Assembly (NCBI GenBank): GCA_964543955.1
Contig: CAZJBN010000003.1
Location: forward strand, 18,391 to 82,390
Direction of reading: 5' to 3'
From: an uncultured Bifidobacteriaceae bacterium
GTDB lineage: Bacteria > Acidobacteriota > Vicinamibacteria > Vicinamibacterales > UBA2999
DNA: 64,000 bases
Position 1 is the stretch's first letter. The number at the start of each line of letters is the position of its first letter. A model generated the notes under the pieces. It had not been told where the DNA came from. It made no database searches and saw only the letters and a list, made by a program, of their open reading frames with translations. Below, piece by piece: positions 55,620 through 64,000 of this stretch. The translations under genes were made by a program, and so were the position numbers.

Positions 55620-56519
55620 TCACTCGCCCGCGCGAGTGGACGAGCGCGCCGCTGCGTCCGACCAGACGACCTTGCACAGCTCCGCGCCGTAGAACAGCAG
55701 CTGGCTGACGCCGTTCGTCCAGAGCATCGCCAGCAGCAGGCCACTCATCGCGCCGTAGGCGGACGGCCGGTCGCGAAACACGGCGCCGAAGAGTACCAGC
55801 AGTTCGGCCCCGATCACCCAGACTGTCGTGCACAGGACGGATGCCAGCCACACATCGCGCCAGCCGAGCCGGACTGGCGGGAGGTACTTCAACAGGAGCG
55901 CGAAGATGAGCCAGACGATGGCCACCGAACCAGGGAGGGCGACGAGCCAGGCCGGCGCGCGGCCGAGCAATGGGAGGGCAATCAGCAGCCCGCTCAGCCA
56001 CTGGGTCACCGCGGCCATCGCGAGAGCCACGACCAGCAGGACGCCCCCGACGAGCACCATGAGGTACGCGATGGCGTATTCGAGCAGCGTCGCCTGCACC
56101 ACGACGCGGGGCGATCCGGAAACGAGCGGCGGGACGGCCTTCCAGAGTGCACGGAAGCTCAGCCTCAAGTGCCGGAACAGCACCGAGGCCGTCAGCACCA
56201 GTCCCAGCAGGCCGACTGCAGTGGCAACGCCGGAGCGCTGCTGCACATCCGCCAGCGTCGCCTCGAGTGTTTCTCGAATCTCCGGACCCAGGAGCGTCTC
56301 GATCGAAACCAGCATCTGCTGTTCGGCCGCTGCCGCAGCCTCCGAGAAGCGCAGCACCAATCCGAGCCCTGCAAGCAGGACCAGGAGCAGCGGCACCAGG
56401 GAGACGAGCGCGTAGTACACCATCGCGGACGCGAAATAGCGCGCATGGTCGCGCTCGTACTCCTGCCAGGCGACCCGCAGCAACCGGATGAGTGCGTGCC
56501 ATCGCTCCGAGATCGTCAC
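55620..56519 (-). CDS. yihY: YihY/BrkB-family inner-membrane protein
   Basis: The GTG at 56519 is preceded by AAAGGAG. RVAWQEYERDHARYFASAMVYYALVSLVPLLL and six TM helices. Confidence 0.8.
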   Translation of the reverse strand: MTISERWHALIRLLRVAWQEYERDHARYFASAMVYYALVSLVPLLLVLLAGLGLVLRFSEAAAAAEQQMLVSIETLLGPEIRETLEATLADVQQRSGVATAVGLLGLVLTASVLFRHLRLSFRALWKAVPPLVSGSPRVVVQATLLEYAIAYLMVLVGGVLLVVALAMAAVTQWLSGLLIALPLLGRAPAWLVALPGSVAIVWLIFALLLKYLPPVRLGWRDVWLASVLCTTVWVIGAELLVLFGAVFRDRPSAYGAMSGLLLAMLWTNGVSQLLFYGAELCKVVWSDAAARSSTRAGE

Positions 56520-56616
56520 GGTGCTCCTTTCGCGGGGAATGACGTCCACACCTCGAAGGAGGCTGTGGTCCGGCAGGGGATTTCGGGTATTGTCGCACCG
56601 ACGACGAGGAGGTCCC

Positions 56617-57789
56617 ATGTTCACGCCGCGAATCCTGATCCCCGCCCTTGGCGCCTGCGCCGCCTTCGTGTTGACGGCGTGCAATGCCGGCGCCCCGGCC
56701 GGGTCCGCCCAGGGCACGATGCCTGGCGCCACGGCGACCGAGGCAGGCAACCCCATCACCGGCGAAGGGCTGCCGAACCCGGCGCCGACCGTGACCCGCA
56801 ACTGGGGCCAGTTGCCGGAGGGCAGGAAGTGGGGATCGTCGGCGGGAGTCGACATCGATCCCATCGACGGCCATGTCTGGGCCTACGAGCGCTGCGGCGC
56901 GGGGACTTTCGGCGCCGGCGCCCCGATCACCTGCGACTCCAACCCCGTCGATCCCGTCTTCAAGTTCGACCGCCACACCGGAGCGGTGCTCGCGAACTTC
57001 GGCCGGGGCATCATGCAGACGCCGCACGGCATCCACGTGGACGCGCAAGGCCACGTGTGGATTGCCGACTTCGCGGGCAACGAAGCCGGCACGAAGGGGC
57101 ACCAGGTCCACAAGTTCAGCCCGACGGGCGAGAAGCTGCTCAGCCTCGGCGTCGCCGGCAAGCCGGGCAACGCCGACGGGCAGTTCAACCAGCCGAACGA
57201 CGTGGTCGTCGGGCCCGACGGCAGCATCTACGTGTCCGACGGGCACGATGGCCAGGGCATGACCACGAACGCCGCCATGGCCGAAGGCCTCGCGCGCGGC
57301 GCCACGGCCCGCATCAGCAAGTTCTCGCCCGACGGCACGTTCATCAAGTCGTGGGGTAGACTCGGCGTCCGCCACGGTGAGTTCCGCACGCCTCACGCGC
57401 TGGCGTTCGACTCGAAGGGCCGACTCTGGGTGGCCGATCGCGGCAACCACCGGATCGAGATCTTCGACCAGGAGGGCAACTACCTCGAGTCGCGTTACCT
57501 GTACGGGCGCATCAGCGGGCTCTTCATCAAGGACGACATGGTCTATGCCATCGACTCGGAGTCGGGTCCGTTGAACCACGCGAACTGGCGCAACGGCGTG
57601 CGTATCGGTCCCCTCGACGAGGATCGCATCACCGCGTTCGTCCCGCCGTTCGAACGCGAAGACCGCGTCTATCAGGGCACGGCGGGCGAGGGCGTTGCCG
57701 TCGACGCCGACGGCAACGTCTACGCCGCGGAGGGGCCGAACTCACTCAACCAGGCGGGCGGCGCGTTCACGAAGTACTCCGTCAAGTAA
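56617..57789 (+). CDS. NHL-repeat six-bladed beta-propeller lipoprotein (peptidyl-hydroxyglycine lyase-like)
   Basis: ATG after GGAGG. Lipobox FVLTAC. NHL-like repeats GQFNQPNDVVVGPDGSIYVSD and GEFRTPHALAFDSKGRLWVADRGNHRIEIF. Confidence 0.8.
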   Translation: MFTPRILIPALGACAAFVLTACNAGAPAGSAQGTMPGATATEAGNPITGEGLPNPAPTVTRNWGQLPEGRKWGSSAGVDIDPIDGHVWAYERCGAGTFGAGAPITCDSNPVDPVFKFDRHTGAVLANFGRGIMQTPHGIHVDAQGHVWIADFAGNEAGTKGHQVHKFSPTGEKLLSLGVAGKPGNADGQFNQPNDVVVGPDGSIYVSDGHDGQGMTTNAAMAEGLARGATARISKFSPDGTFIKSWGRLGVRHGEFRTPHALAFDSKGRLWVADRGNHRIEIFDQEGNYLESRYLYGRISGLFIKDDMVYAIDSESGPLNHANWRNGVRIGPLDEDRITAFVPPFEREDRVYQGTAGEGVAVDADGNVYAAEGPNSLNQAGGAFTKYSVK

Positions 57790-57856
57790 TCGCGCTCGTG
57801 ACCGATGGGCCGATTCCGACAGTGTAGAATCGACCTTACTCCCGGGAGGCTCCAGC

Positions 57857-58618
57857 ATGCGCGTGGCGAGACGGGCGGTCGTGGCAGCGGCGGCGATGGC
57901 GATGCTCGGGACGGTGGCCTACGGGCACGACATCGCGGTGTTCCCGACGGCCGGTCCCGACGGCGTGCGGTTGCGGGTCCGCTACGGCCATCCGGGCGAC
58001 TATCAGGACACCGTTGCCGGCAAGCTCGTGACCCTTGACGCGCACAGTCCATCCGGCGAGCGCCGGTCCTATGCGGGCCGGCTCCGACCCGACGGCATCA
58101 CGCTCGTCACCGCTCCGCTGGCCGAGGTCACGGCGCCGGGAACGTGGGTGTTCTCGACGTTCTACGACAACGGCTTCTTCCTGCGCACCGATGACGGACG
58201 CTCGGTGAACACGACGCGAGCCGAATACCCCTCGGCGACGACCGCCAGCCACAACATCAAGTACGGCAAGGCGCTGCTCGCCGTCGGCCAGTCCGGCCCT
58301 GGTTTCGACCGGGTGATCGGCCATCGCCTCGAGCTCGTCCCGAAGCAGGATCCGTTTACCGTCGATCGAGGAGGCACGCTCGACGTGGTCGTGTTCTTCG
58401 AGGGCGAGCCGCTGCCGGGCGCGCCGGTCGTGGTCTACCCGGAGGCCGAGGCGGACAAGCCCCTCAGCGTGAAGACGGATGCCGAAGGCGTGGTGAAGGT
58501 CCCTATCGACCGGACCGGCACGTTCATCGTGGGGGCGGAGCACGGCGTGCCCTCGCGGCACCCGGACTTCGCGACCCGCGACGCGTATGCCGCCAGCCTG
58601 GTCTTCACGCGTTCGTAG
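57857..58618 (+). CDS. DUF4198-like periplasmic protein (NikM-type metal-uptake accessory fold)
   Basis: Signal peptide ending ...AYGHDIAVFPT. A transthyretin-like module GGTLDVVVFFEGEPLPGAPVVVY...VKTDAEGVVKVPIDRTGTFIVGAEH. Confidence 0.7.
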   Translation: MRVARRAVVAAAAMAMLGTVAYGHDIAVFPTAGPDGVRLRVRYGHPGDYQDTVAGKLVTLDAHSPSGERRSYAGRLRPDGITLVTAPLAEVTAPGTWVFSTFYDNGFFLRTDDGRSVNTTRAEYPSATTASHNIKYGKALLAVGQSGPGFDRVIGHRLELVPKQDPFTVDRGGTLDVVVFFEGEPLPGAPVVVYPEAEADKPLSVKTDAEGVVKVPIDRTGTFIVGAEHGVPSRHPDFATRDAYAASLVFTRS

Positions 58619-58652
58619 CGCGCACCCGCCAGACAGACGGAAGGAGGACGTC

Positions 58653-58985
58653 GTGCGTTCACGATTCTCGGCTCTGATGGTGGTGCTCATCGCGCTTGCC
58701 GCGGTCGCGGTCCCGACCGCCTGGGCACATCCCGGGCACGATCACAAGGTGATGGGCGTCATCCTCGCCATCGACGACCGCCACGTCACGTTGACCACCA
58801 CCGACGGCAAGGAGCTGACCTTCGAGGTCACGCCGGCGACGAAGTTCGTGCGCGCGAAGAAGACCGGCGACTTCGCGGACCTGAAGGCGGGCATGCGTAT
58901 CGTGGCCAACGTCGGCGACGGCGAGGAGCCGCTCCAGGCGAAGGAAATCGAGTACGCCGCGCCCGCGACCAGCAGCTCCCGCTAG
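58653..58985 (+). CDS. Small periplasmic protein with an N-terminal HPGHDH motif and an OB-like barrel
   Basis: GTG after GGAAGGAGGACGTC. Signal peptide, the mature N-terminus begins HPGHDHKVMG, then ...HVTLTTTDGKELTFEVTPATKF...LKAGMRIV. Confidence 0.6.
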   Translation: MRSRFSALMVVLIALAAVAVPTAWAHPGHDHKVMGVILAIDDRHVTLTTTDGKELTFEVTPATKFVRAKKTGDFADLKAGMRIVANVGDGEEPLQAKEIEYAAPATSSSR

Positions 58986-58990
58986 CCCGC

Positions 58991-60397
58991 ATGCGGCACG
59001 GCTGGTCCATCGCCGTCAGGGATCTGCGCGAGTTCCGGCGGGACGGGCGGCTCCTGGTGCTCGCCGCGTGCATCGTGCTCGCCCTGGTCGTCGCCGTGGC
59101 AGGAGGCGCAGTCCGCGCCGCGCGGGACGCGGCCGAGCGCGCGGATGCCGGGCTGGCCGAACGCGACCGCTGGCTGGATCAGGGCGACGTGAACCCGCAC
59201 GCGGCCGCGCACTACGGCACGTTCGTCTTCGCGCCGGCCGAACCGCTCGCCCTGGTCGATCCCGGCGTCTCGCCCTATGTCGGCGGCGCAGTCTTCCTCG
59301 AGGCACACCAGCAGCAGCTTGCGCGCCATCGCCCCGTGAACGATGCCGCGTCCTTCCGCCGCCTTGGCGAGCTGTCGGTCGCCAGCGCCCTGCAGGTGTT
59401 CGTGCCGCTCTTCACCGTGCTCCTGGCGGCGGTGTCGGTCACACGCGAGCGCGACCGCGGCACGTGGCGGCTCCTGATCGCGTCGGGAGCGCGGCCGGTC
59501 GCGGTGGTGGGCGGCAAGGCGCTCGGCGTCGCGCTGATCATCCTTGTCGTGGCTGGTCCCGCCGCAGGCGCGGCCTCTGTCGCGCTGCTGTCGGGGCCGG
59601 GCCTGTCGCTCGATTCGGACTCGGCCCTTCGCGCGCTTCTCCTCCTCACGGCATACGTCGTCCACTTCGTGACGTGGCTGCTGCTGGCGCTCGCGATCTC
59701 GATGTGGGCCCGTTCGACGCGCCAGGCGCTTGCGGCAGGCCTCACCCTGTGGCTTGCGGCTGCCGTCATCGCCCCACCTGCGCTCATGGCCATGGCGTCG
59801 GCGCGTACGCCGACGCCGACGGCCGCGGCGTTCTCCGCCGCCATCGACGACGAGCGCGCCGAGCGGCCCAGCTGGGACGACCGGGTGGCCGCTGCCACCG
59901 AGCGGTTCCTGAACGGCGAAGACCTGCCCGCGGCGTCGAACCCCGAAGTCGTCGCCCTGATCGACACCGAGGCCGCGGATACCGAACTGTACGGCAGGCA
60001 CCTCGAGGCCCTCGCGCAGACGTTCGAGTCGCAGGCCGGGGCGTACCGCTGGCTGTCGGTGGCCTCGCCGACAGTGGCCGTGCAGGCGATTTCCATGTCG
60101 ATGGCCGCCACCGACTACGACCACTACCGGCGCTTCCTCGAGGCGGCATCGGCATACCGCAGCGAGTTGCTCGCGGCCCTCAACAGCGAGTTGGCCGCGT
60201 TCGACAGCTGGAAGACGTTCACTTCCACGGGCAGCCGGGAGCTCTGGGCGCGCGTGCCTGAGTTCACCTACGACACGCCGCCCGTCTCCTGGGCTGCTGG
60301 TCGGGTCGCTGGCGCGGTCGTCGGGATGTCGACGTGGCTGCTCGTCGCCCTCGCACTGGCGTGGCGCGCCATCGTCGTACACGGAGCGCGGCCGTGA
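58991..60397 (+). CDS. ABC-2-type permease, DUF3526-like (1 of 2)
   Basis: One TM helix, then a large periplasmic loop containing DRWLDQGDVNPHAAAHYGTFVF, then a multi-TM core. It begins 6 nt after the upstream stop. Confidence 0.65.
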   Translation: MRHGWSIAVRDLREFRRDGRLLVLAACIVLALVVAVAGGAVRAARDAAERADAGLAERDRWLDQGDVNPHAAAHYGTFVFAPAEPLALVDPGVSPYVGGAVFLEAHQQQLARHRPVNDAASFRRLGELSVASALQVFVPLFTVLLAAVSVTRERDRGTWRLLIASGARPVAVVGGKALGVALIILVVAGPAAGAASVALLSGPGLSLDSDSALRALLLLTAYVVHFVTWLLLALAISMWARSTRQALAAGLTLWLAAAVIAPPALMAMASARTPTPTAAAFSAAIDDERAERPSWDDRVAAATERFLNGEDLPAASNPEVVALIDTEAADTELYGRHLEALAQTFESQAGAYRWLSVASPTVAVQAISMSMAATDYDHYRRFLEAASAYRSELLAALNSELAAFDSWKTFTSTGSRELWARVPEFTYDTPPVSWAAGRVAGAVVGMSTWLLVALALAWRAIVVHGARP

Positions 60398-61824
60398 GGC
60401 AGGCGCTGGTGATTGCCAGACACGACCTCCGGCGCCAGTGGCGCGAGGGCGGGCTCGTCATCGTCGTGCTGCTCTTCACGGCGCTCCTCCTGGCGGCGGC
60501 GCTTCATGGTGCGGGCCGCGCGCGCGATGCGCGCGAAACCGCCGCTCAGCTCGCGAACCGTACCGGGCAGTCCGCTGCCGAAGTCGCGCAGCTCGTCGTC
60601 ACTGGCGCCCCGGACGACGCGATAGGGCTGCCCTGGGATGCGCGAAACCCGGACTTCCTCGCCAACGATCGCGGCACGCTGGCGATTGCCACGCCGGCTC
60701 CGCTCCTCTCGCTCTCCGTGGGGCAGACGAGCCTGTATCCCACCCAGGTCAAGGTCACTGCCTCGGGACGCAATGCGGCGACGACGGCAGCGGAGATCGC
60801 GAACCCGCTCGCGTTGGCGACGGGCACGTTCGACGTGGAGTTCGTGATCGTGTTCCTGTGGCCGCTCGCCCTTCTGGCAGCCACCTTCGACCTGGCCGCC
60901 AGCGACCGCGAACGCGGCACCTTGCGGATGCTGCTGGCACAGCCGGTCGCCGCCGAATCGTTCCTTGGCGGGACTCTCGTTGCGCGAGTTGGGCCGATCC
61001 TGGCTCCTGCTCTGGCCGTGCCATGGCTGCTCATGCAGTCCGCCGACGCGTCTTCCCTTTGGTACCTCGCCCTCTGGTCGGCCGTTGTCATCGCATACGG
61101 CGTGTTCTGGCTCGGCCTTGCAGCCTGGGTCGCATCGAGAGGAGGGTCGGCGGTCGCCGGCGCCGTCCGGCTTGGCGGCGCCTGGCTGATCGTGACGATG
61201 GTGATTCCCGGCGCGGTGGGCCTCGTGATGACGACATGGGGCCGCGTGCCGTCCGGTGTCGTCTTCGCCGACGCGACCCGATCGGCGACGCGCGACGCGC
61301 TCTTGGATGGCAGCCGCGTGCTGGGTCACTTCCTGGAGGATCACCCGACGCCGTCGGCCGTCGGTCGCGACGGGCTCCGCCAGTACGCGCTGCTGCAGGC
61401 CGCCCGCGACCGCGAAGTCGAACGGCGCCTCGCCCCGGTCGTCGAGTCCTATGAAGCAGCCCTCGAGAAGCAGCGGCAGATTGCAGCGGTGGCGCAATTG
61501 CTGTCGCCGGCCATGGTGGTGTCGAATGCCCTGCAACAGGCTGCCGGGACATCGCGCGACCGGGCGCTCGACTTCGCCGGGCAGGTCGACGTGTTTCGAG
61601 AGCAGTGGCGCGCCTACTTCCAGCCGCGGATTCTCGAGGGCGCTCCGCTCACGCGGCTGGACGCCGCGGCACTGCCGCGGTTCGAGTACCGCGAACCATC
61701 GTGGACGGCAGCGGCAGCCCGGCTTCTGCCCGGCGTGGCGGTGGTGCTGGCGATCGGCGTGGCCTTGCTGATGTCCGGCCTGCGGCGGTGGGCTCGTTCG
61801 CCCCTCGAGAGGGCGCTGCGATGA
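60394..61824 (+). CDS. ABC-2-type permease, DUF3526-like (2 of 2)
   Basis: GTGA start/stop overlap with the preceding gene. Same architecture as its paralogous neighbour. Confidence 0.6.
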   Translation: MRQALVIARHDLRRQWREGGLVIVVLLFTALLLAAALHGAGRARDARETAAQLANRTGQSAAEVAQLVVTGAPDDAIGLPWDARNPDFLANDRGTLAIATPAPLLSLSVGQTSLYPTQVKVTASGRNAATTAAEIANPLALATGTFDVEFVIVFLWPLALLAATFDLAASDRERGTLRMLLAQPVAAESFLGGTLVARVGPILAPALAVPWLLMQSADASSLWYLALWSAVVIAYGVFWLGLAAWVASRGGSAVAGAVRLGGAWLIVTMVIPGAVGLVMTTWGRVPSGVVFADATRSATRDALLDGSRVLGHFLEDHPTPSAVGRDGLRQYALLQAARDREVERRLAPVVESYEAALEKQRQIAAVAQLLSPAMVVSNALQQAAGTSRDRALDFAGQVDVFREQWRAYFQPRILEGAPLTRLDAAALPRFEYREPSWTAAAARLLPGVAVVLAIGVALLMSGLRRWARSPLERALR

Positions 61825-62519
61825 TCGAGGCTCGTGGACTCTGCAAGCGGTTCGGCCAGACCGACGCGCTCGTGGACGTCTCGTTCACGGTTCGCCCTGG
61901 GGAAATGCTGTGTCTGCTCGGAGCGAACGGCGCTGGGAAGACGACCCTCATCAACGTCTTCCTGGGTTTCGTCGCGGCCGACGGCGGTACGGCGGCCATC
62001 GACGGCCTCGATGTCGCACGCGATCCGTCGATCACACGGTTGAAGACCGGATACGTTCCGGAGCAGGTGCTGCTCTACGACGCGCTGACGGGCACCGAGC
62101 ACGTCCGCTTCTTCTCCGAGCTGTCGGGCCGGCCGGTGACCGATGGCGAGGCCATCGACGCCCTGGCGGAGGCAGGCCTCGAGCGTGTCCACGCGGCCCA
62201 GCGGCTTGCGACCTACTCGAAAGGTATGCGGCAGAAGGTGGCGCTGGCCGTCGCGCTCTCCAAACGCGCTCCGGCGCTGCTGCTCGACGAGCCGCTGTCG
62301 GGACTCGATCCGAAGTCGGCCAGAGATCTCTCCGAGCGACTGCGCTCGCTCTGCGCCGAGGGCAGGGCGGTCGTCCTCACCTCGCACGACCTGTTCCGCG
62401 CCCGCGAGACGGCGACTCGCCTGGGCATCATGCGGTCGGGGCGATTGCTGCACCTGGTCGACGCCGCCACCGTGAATCACGCCGGGCTCGAACAGCTGTA
62501 TCTCGAATCGATGGGATGA
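61821..62519 (+). CDS. ABC transporter ATP-binding protein
   Basis: ATGA overlap with the upstream permease. Walker A GANGAGKTT, signature-like YSKGMRQKV, Walker B LLLDEP, H-loop SHD. Confidence 0.9.
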   Translation: MIEARGLCKRFGQTDALVDVSFTVRPGEMLCLLGANGAGKTTLINVFLGFVAADGGTAAIDGLDVARDPSITRLKTGYVPEQVLLYDALTGTEHVRFFSELSGRPVTDGEAIDALAEAGLERVHAAQRLATYSKGMRQKVALAVALSKRAPALLLDEPLSGLDPKSARDLSERLRSLCAEGRAVVLTSHDLFRARETATRLGIMRSGRLLHLVDAATVNHAGLEQLYLESMG

Positions 62520-62589
62520 ACGCGTCGCCTTCGCGTCTCTCGTCGAGGCGTTCGGCGAGAGCGTCGCAACGACTCGACGCAGGCACGCC

Positions 62590-64000
62590 TCACGGAAGCT
62601 CGATCCCGTAGGACGTGATGCGGAACGTGCCGTTCTCTCTGCGCCAGAGCAGGCGCAGCACAGGCGCCTCGCCGCCGCGGGTGTTGAATCGCACCATCTG
62701 GCCGAAGGCCTTTCCGTATTCGAGCGGCAGCGGGTCCGGCATCGAGCTGCCGTTCGCGCGTGCGGCGCATTCCGCCGCATCGCCGAGCGCGTCGGGAACG
62801 CTCGTCAGCGTGAACGTGCTCGATGCCCGATGATCCATGATCCGGATGGCGGGGTGGAACGGCTCTGCCGCGGTCAGGATGGCGTCCAGTCGGCGCGACG
62901 TGCCGAACGCCTTGCCGGACGACTCCAGGCTGGCTCGCAGCTTGCGGCCCGCGTCTTCGGGTGACGACGCCGGCGCGTCGGTGCTGCCACGCTCGAGGTC
63001 GTAGCACTCGTAGGCTGCCGGCGAGATGTGCGCGAACGCGCCATCGTAGTCGTGCCGGACGAGCCAGCTCTCGAGAAATGTCCGTGCCGCCCGTTCGAAC
63101 GCCGGATCGGCAGGGATGCGCACGACCGTGGGATCCGGCACTGGTTCGATCGGGTCTGGTGCGGCATCGTCCATGCCGGCTCTCCAGGACACGATCTTCC
63201 AGTAGCCCTGGTCCCGGGCCCACAGCAGGGAGACCGGCGTGTCGGTGTGGCCGTCGACGTAGAACGTGGCGCCGAAGTAGTTGCCGTAGGCTCGCCGCAC
63301 GCTCGCAGGGTCGCCAGGGGTCAGCTGGCTCTCGCAATCGAACGACACCGCCACGTCGTCGGGTACGGAGTAGAGGACGAACTGCGCATGATGCGGCTGA
63401 CGCACGAGGCGGAGAGCAGGCGAGACGAGCCGCGTGCCGACGACCAGCCCGTCCAGCGAGTCGTGCGGCCCCAGCGAGTCGTAGGCCGTCTTGAGGTCGA
63501 TCATGAGCTGGAACGGTGCGACGCCGCGGTCGAACAGAGACGGATCATCACTGTCGCGCGCCAGGCAGGCGTACGACCGGTCCGACACGTAGCCCATGGC
63601 GGCAACGATGTCGCCTTCGATCAGCCAGGCGGTGAGGAAATCGTGGACCGTCCTGTCGATGTGGACCCGGCCGGCCCGTGGCGTCTGCGGTAGCGCCAGC
63701 GGGCTCGCGGGCGGAACGTCCGTCGGCTGCTGCTGGCGCACGCCGAAGAAGCCGCGCCACCAGTTCTGGAAGCCAGTCCAGCGATTCAGGTGGCGATCGT
63801 AGTTGTTGCCTGCCCGTACGTCGGAGTTCGAGGACGTCAGATGTCCGTTCAGCAGTACGACGGGGAAGCTCGAGGAGCGGTAGTCGACGTCGATGTCAGC
63901 GCGGCTCCTGTCGAGCGCCACGGAGATCTGAATGGAGGGCACGCCGCCCTGTCCGCGATAATTGATGGGATAGCCCTTGTGATACACGGAATTGTCGATG
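62590..64000 (-). CDS. Hypothetical protein with an internal domain duplication; 5' end outside the window
   Basis: The frame stays open to the window edge. Two homologous modules: HDFLTAWLIEGD...YACLARD...LLWARDQGYWKIVSW and RTFLESWLVRHD...YECYDLE...LLWRRENGTFRITSY. Confidence 0.55.
   Translation of the reverse strand, partial: IDNSVYHKGYPINYRGQGGVPSIQISVALDRSRADIDVDYRSSSFPVVLLNGHLTSSNSDVRAGNNYDRHLNRWTGFQNWWRGFFGVRQQQPTDVPPASPLALPQTPRAGRVHIDRTVHDFLTAWLIEGDIVAAMGYVSDRSYACLARDSDDPSLFDRGVAPFQLMIDLKTAYDSLGPHDSLDGLVVGTRLVSPALRLVRQPHHAQFVLYSVPDDVAVSFDCESQLTPGDPASVRRAYGNYFGATFYVDGHTDTPVSLLWARDQGYWKIVSWRAGMDDAAPDPIEPVPDPTVVRIPADPAFERAARTFLESWLVRHDYDGAFAHISPAAYECYDLERGSTDAPASSPEDAGRKLRASLESSGKAFGTSRRLDAILTAAEPFHPAIRIMDHRASSTFTLTSVPDALGDAAECAARANGSSMPDPLPLEYGKAFGQMVRFNTRGGEAPVLRLLWRRENGTFRITSYGIELP

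Noticed and set aside
54928-57579. A single 883-aa minus-strand ORF.
   Set aside because: Only its last 165 codons (54928-55425) look real: they match DUF1269, with AAAGGAG before the ATG. The remainder overlaps yihY out of frame and is antisense to the NHL lipoprotein gene.

Overview
Very GC-rich bacterial chromosomal segment. I call about 55 protein genes and one tRNA (Arg-ACG). I saw no rRNA, CRISPR array, transposase, integrase or phage structural genes. An ADOP-type duplicated orphan permease, a two-gene egtBD pair and many secreted beta-propeller and TPR-kinase proteins point to Acidobacteriota; that is an inference, not a search result.

Recognisable content in order:
- PQQ sugar dehydrogenase (5' partial), nadA, Mn-type sodA
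- nrfH-nrfA (ammonifying nitrite reductase) translationally coupled to an alginate-export-like outer-membrane barrel
- moaB-moeA, a GH3 hexosaminidase, tRNA-Arg(ACG), hicAB
- an overlapping FAD-oxidoreductase / GT-C membrane glycosyltransferase pair
- a tightly packed minus-strand gene string: trypsin-like protease fused to a non-specific nuclease, then OsmC, a SAM methyltransferase, a PQQ dehydrogenase and three small proteins
- tadA, hdeD, a ScyD/ScyE-like propeller, dps, a ring-cleaving dioxygenase, an amidohydrolase, a TAXI-like protein
- a TPR Ser/Thr kinase and a 1276-aa secreted metzincin-like protein with ten tandem GRGDL pentapeptides
- a stand-alone LigD polymerase domain and glgP
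- a TOBE regulator, TonB-dependent receptor, Cys-less Mo-oxidoreductase-fold protein and MbnH-like di-haem peroxidase
- DUF3500, DUF1028, a Tat-signal aminotransferase, egtB-egtD, DUF481, sodC, the ADOP permease, DUF1269, yihY, an NHL lipoprotein
- a DUF4198, His-rich small protein, two DUF3526-like permeases and an ABC ATPase operon
- a 5'-truncated hypothetical gene at the window end

The strongest candidates for undescribed biology are (1) the signal-less protease-nuclease fusion, (2) the GRGDL-array metalloprotease, (3) the TOBE/TBDR/Mo-fold/di-haem cluster and (4) the DUF4198-DUF3526 ABC operon.

All family calls rest on motifs read by eye from the supplied translations. No searches or computations were run. 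Many very long antisense or alternative-frame ORFs in the track are treated as GC-driven artefacts.
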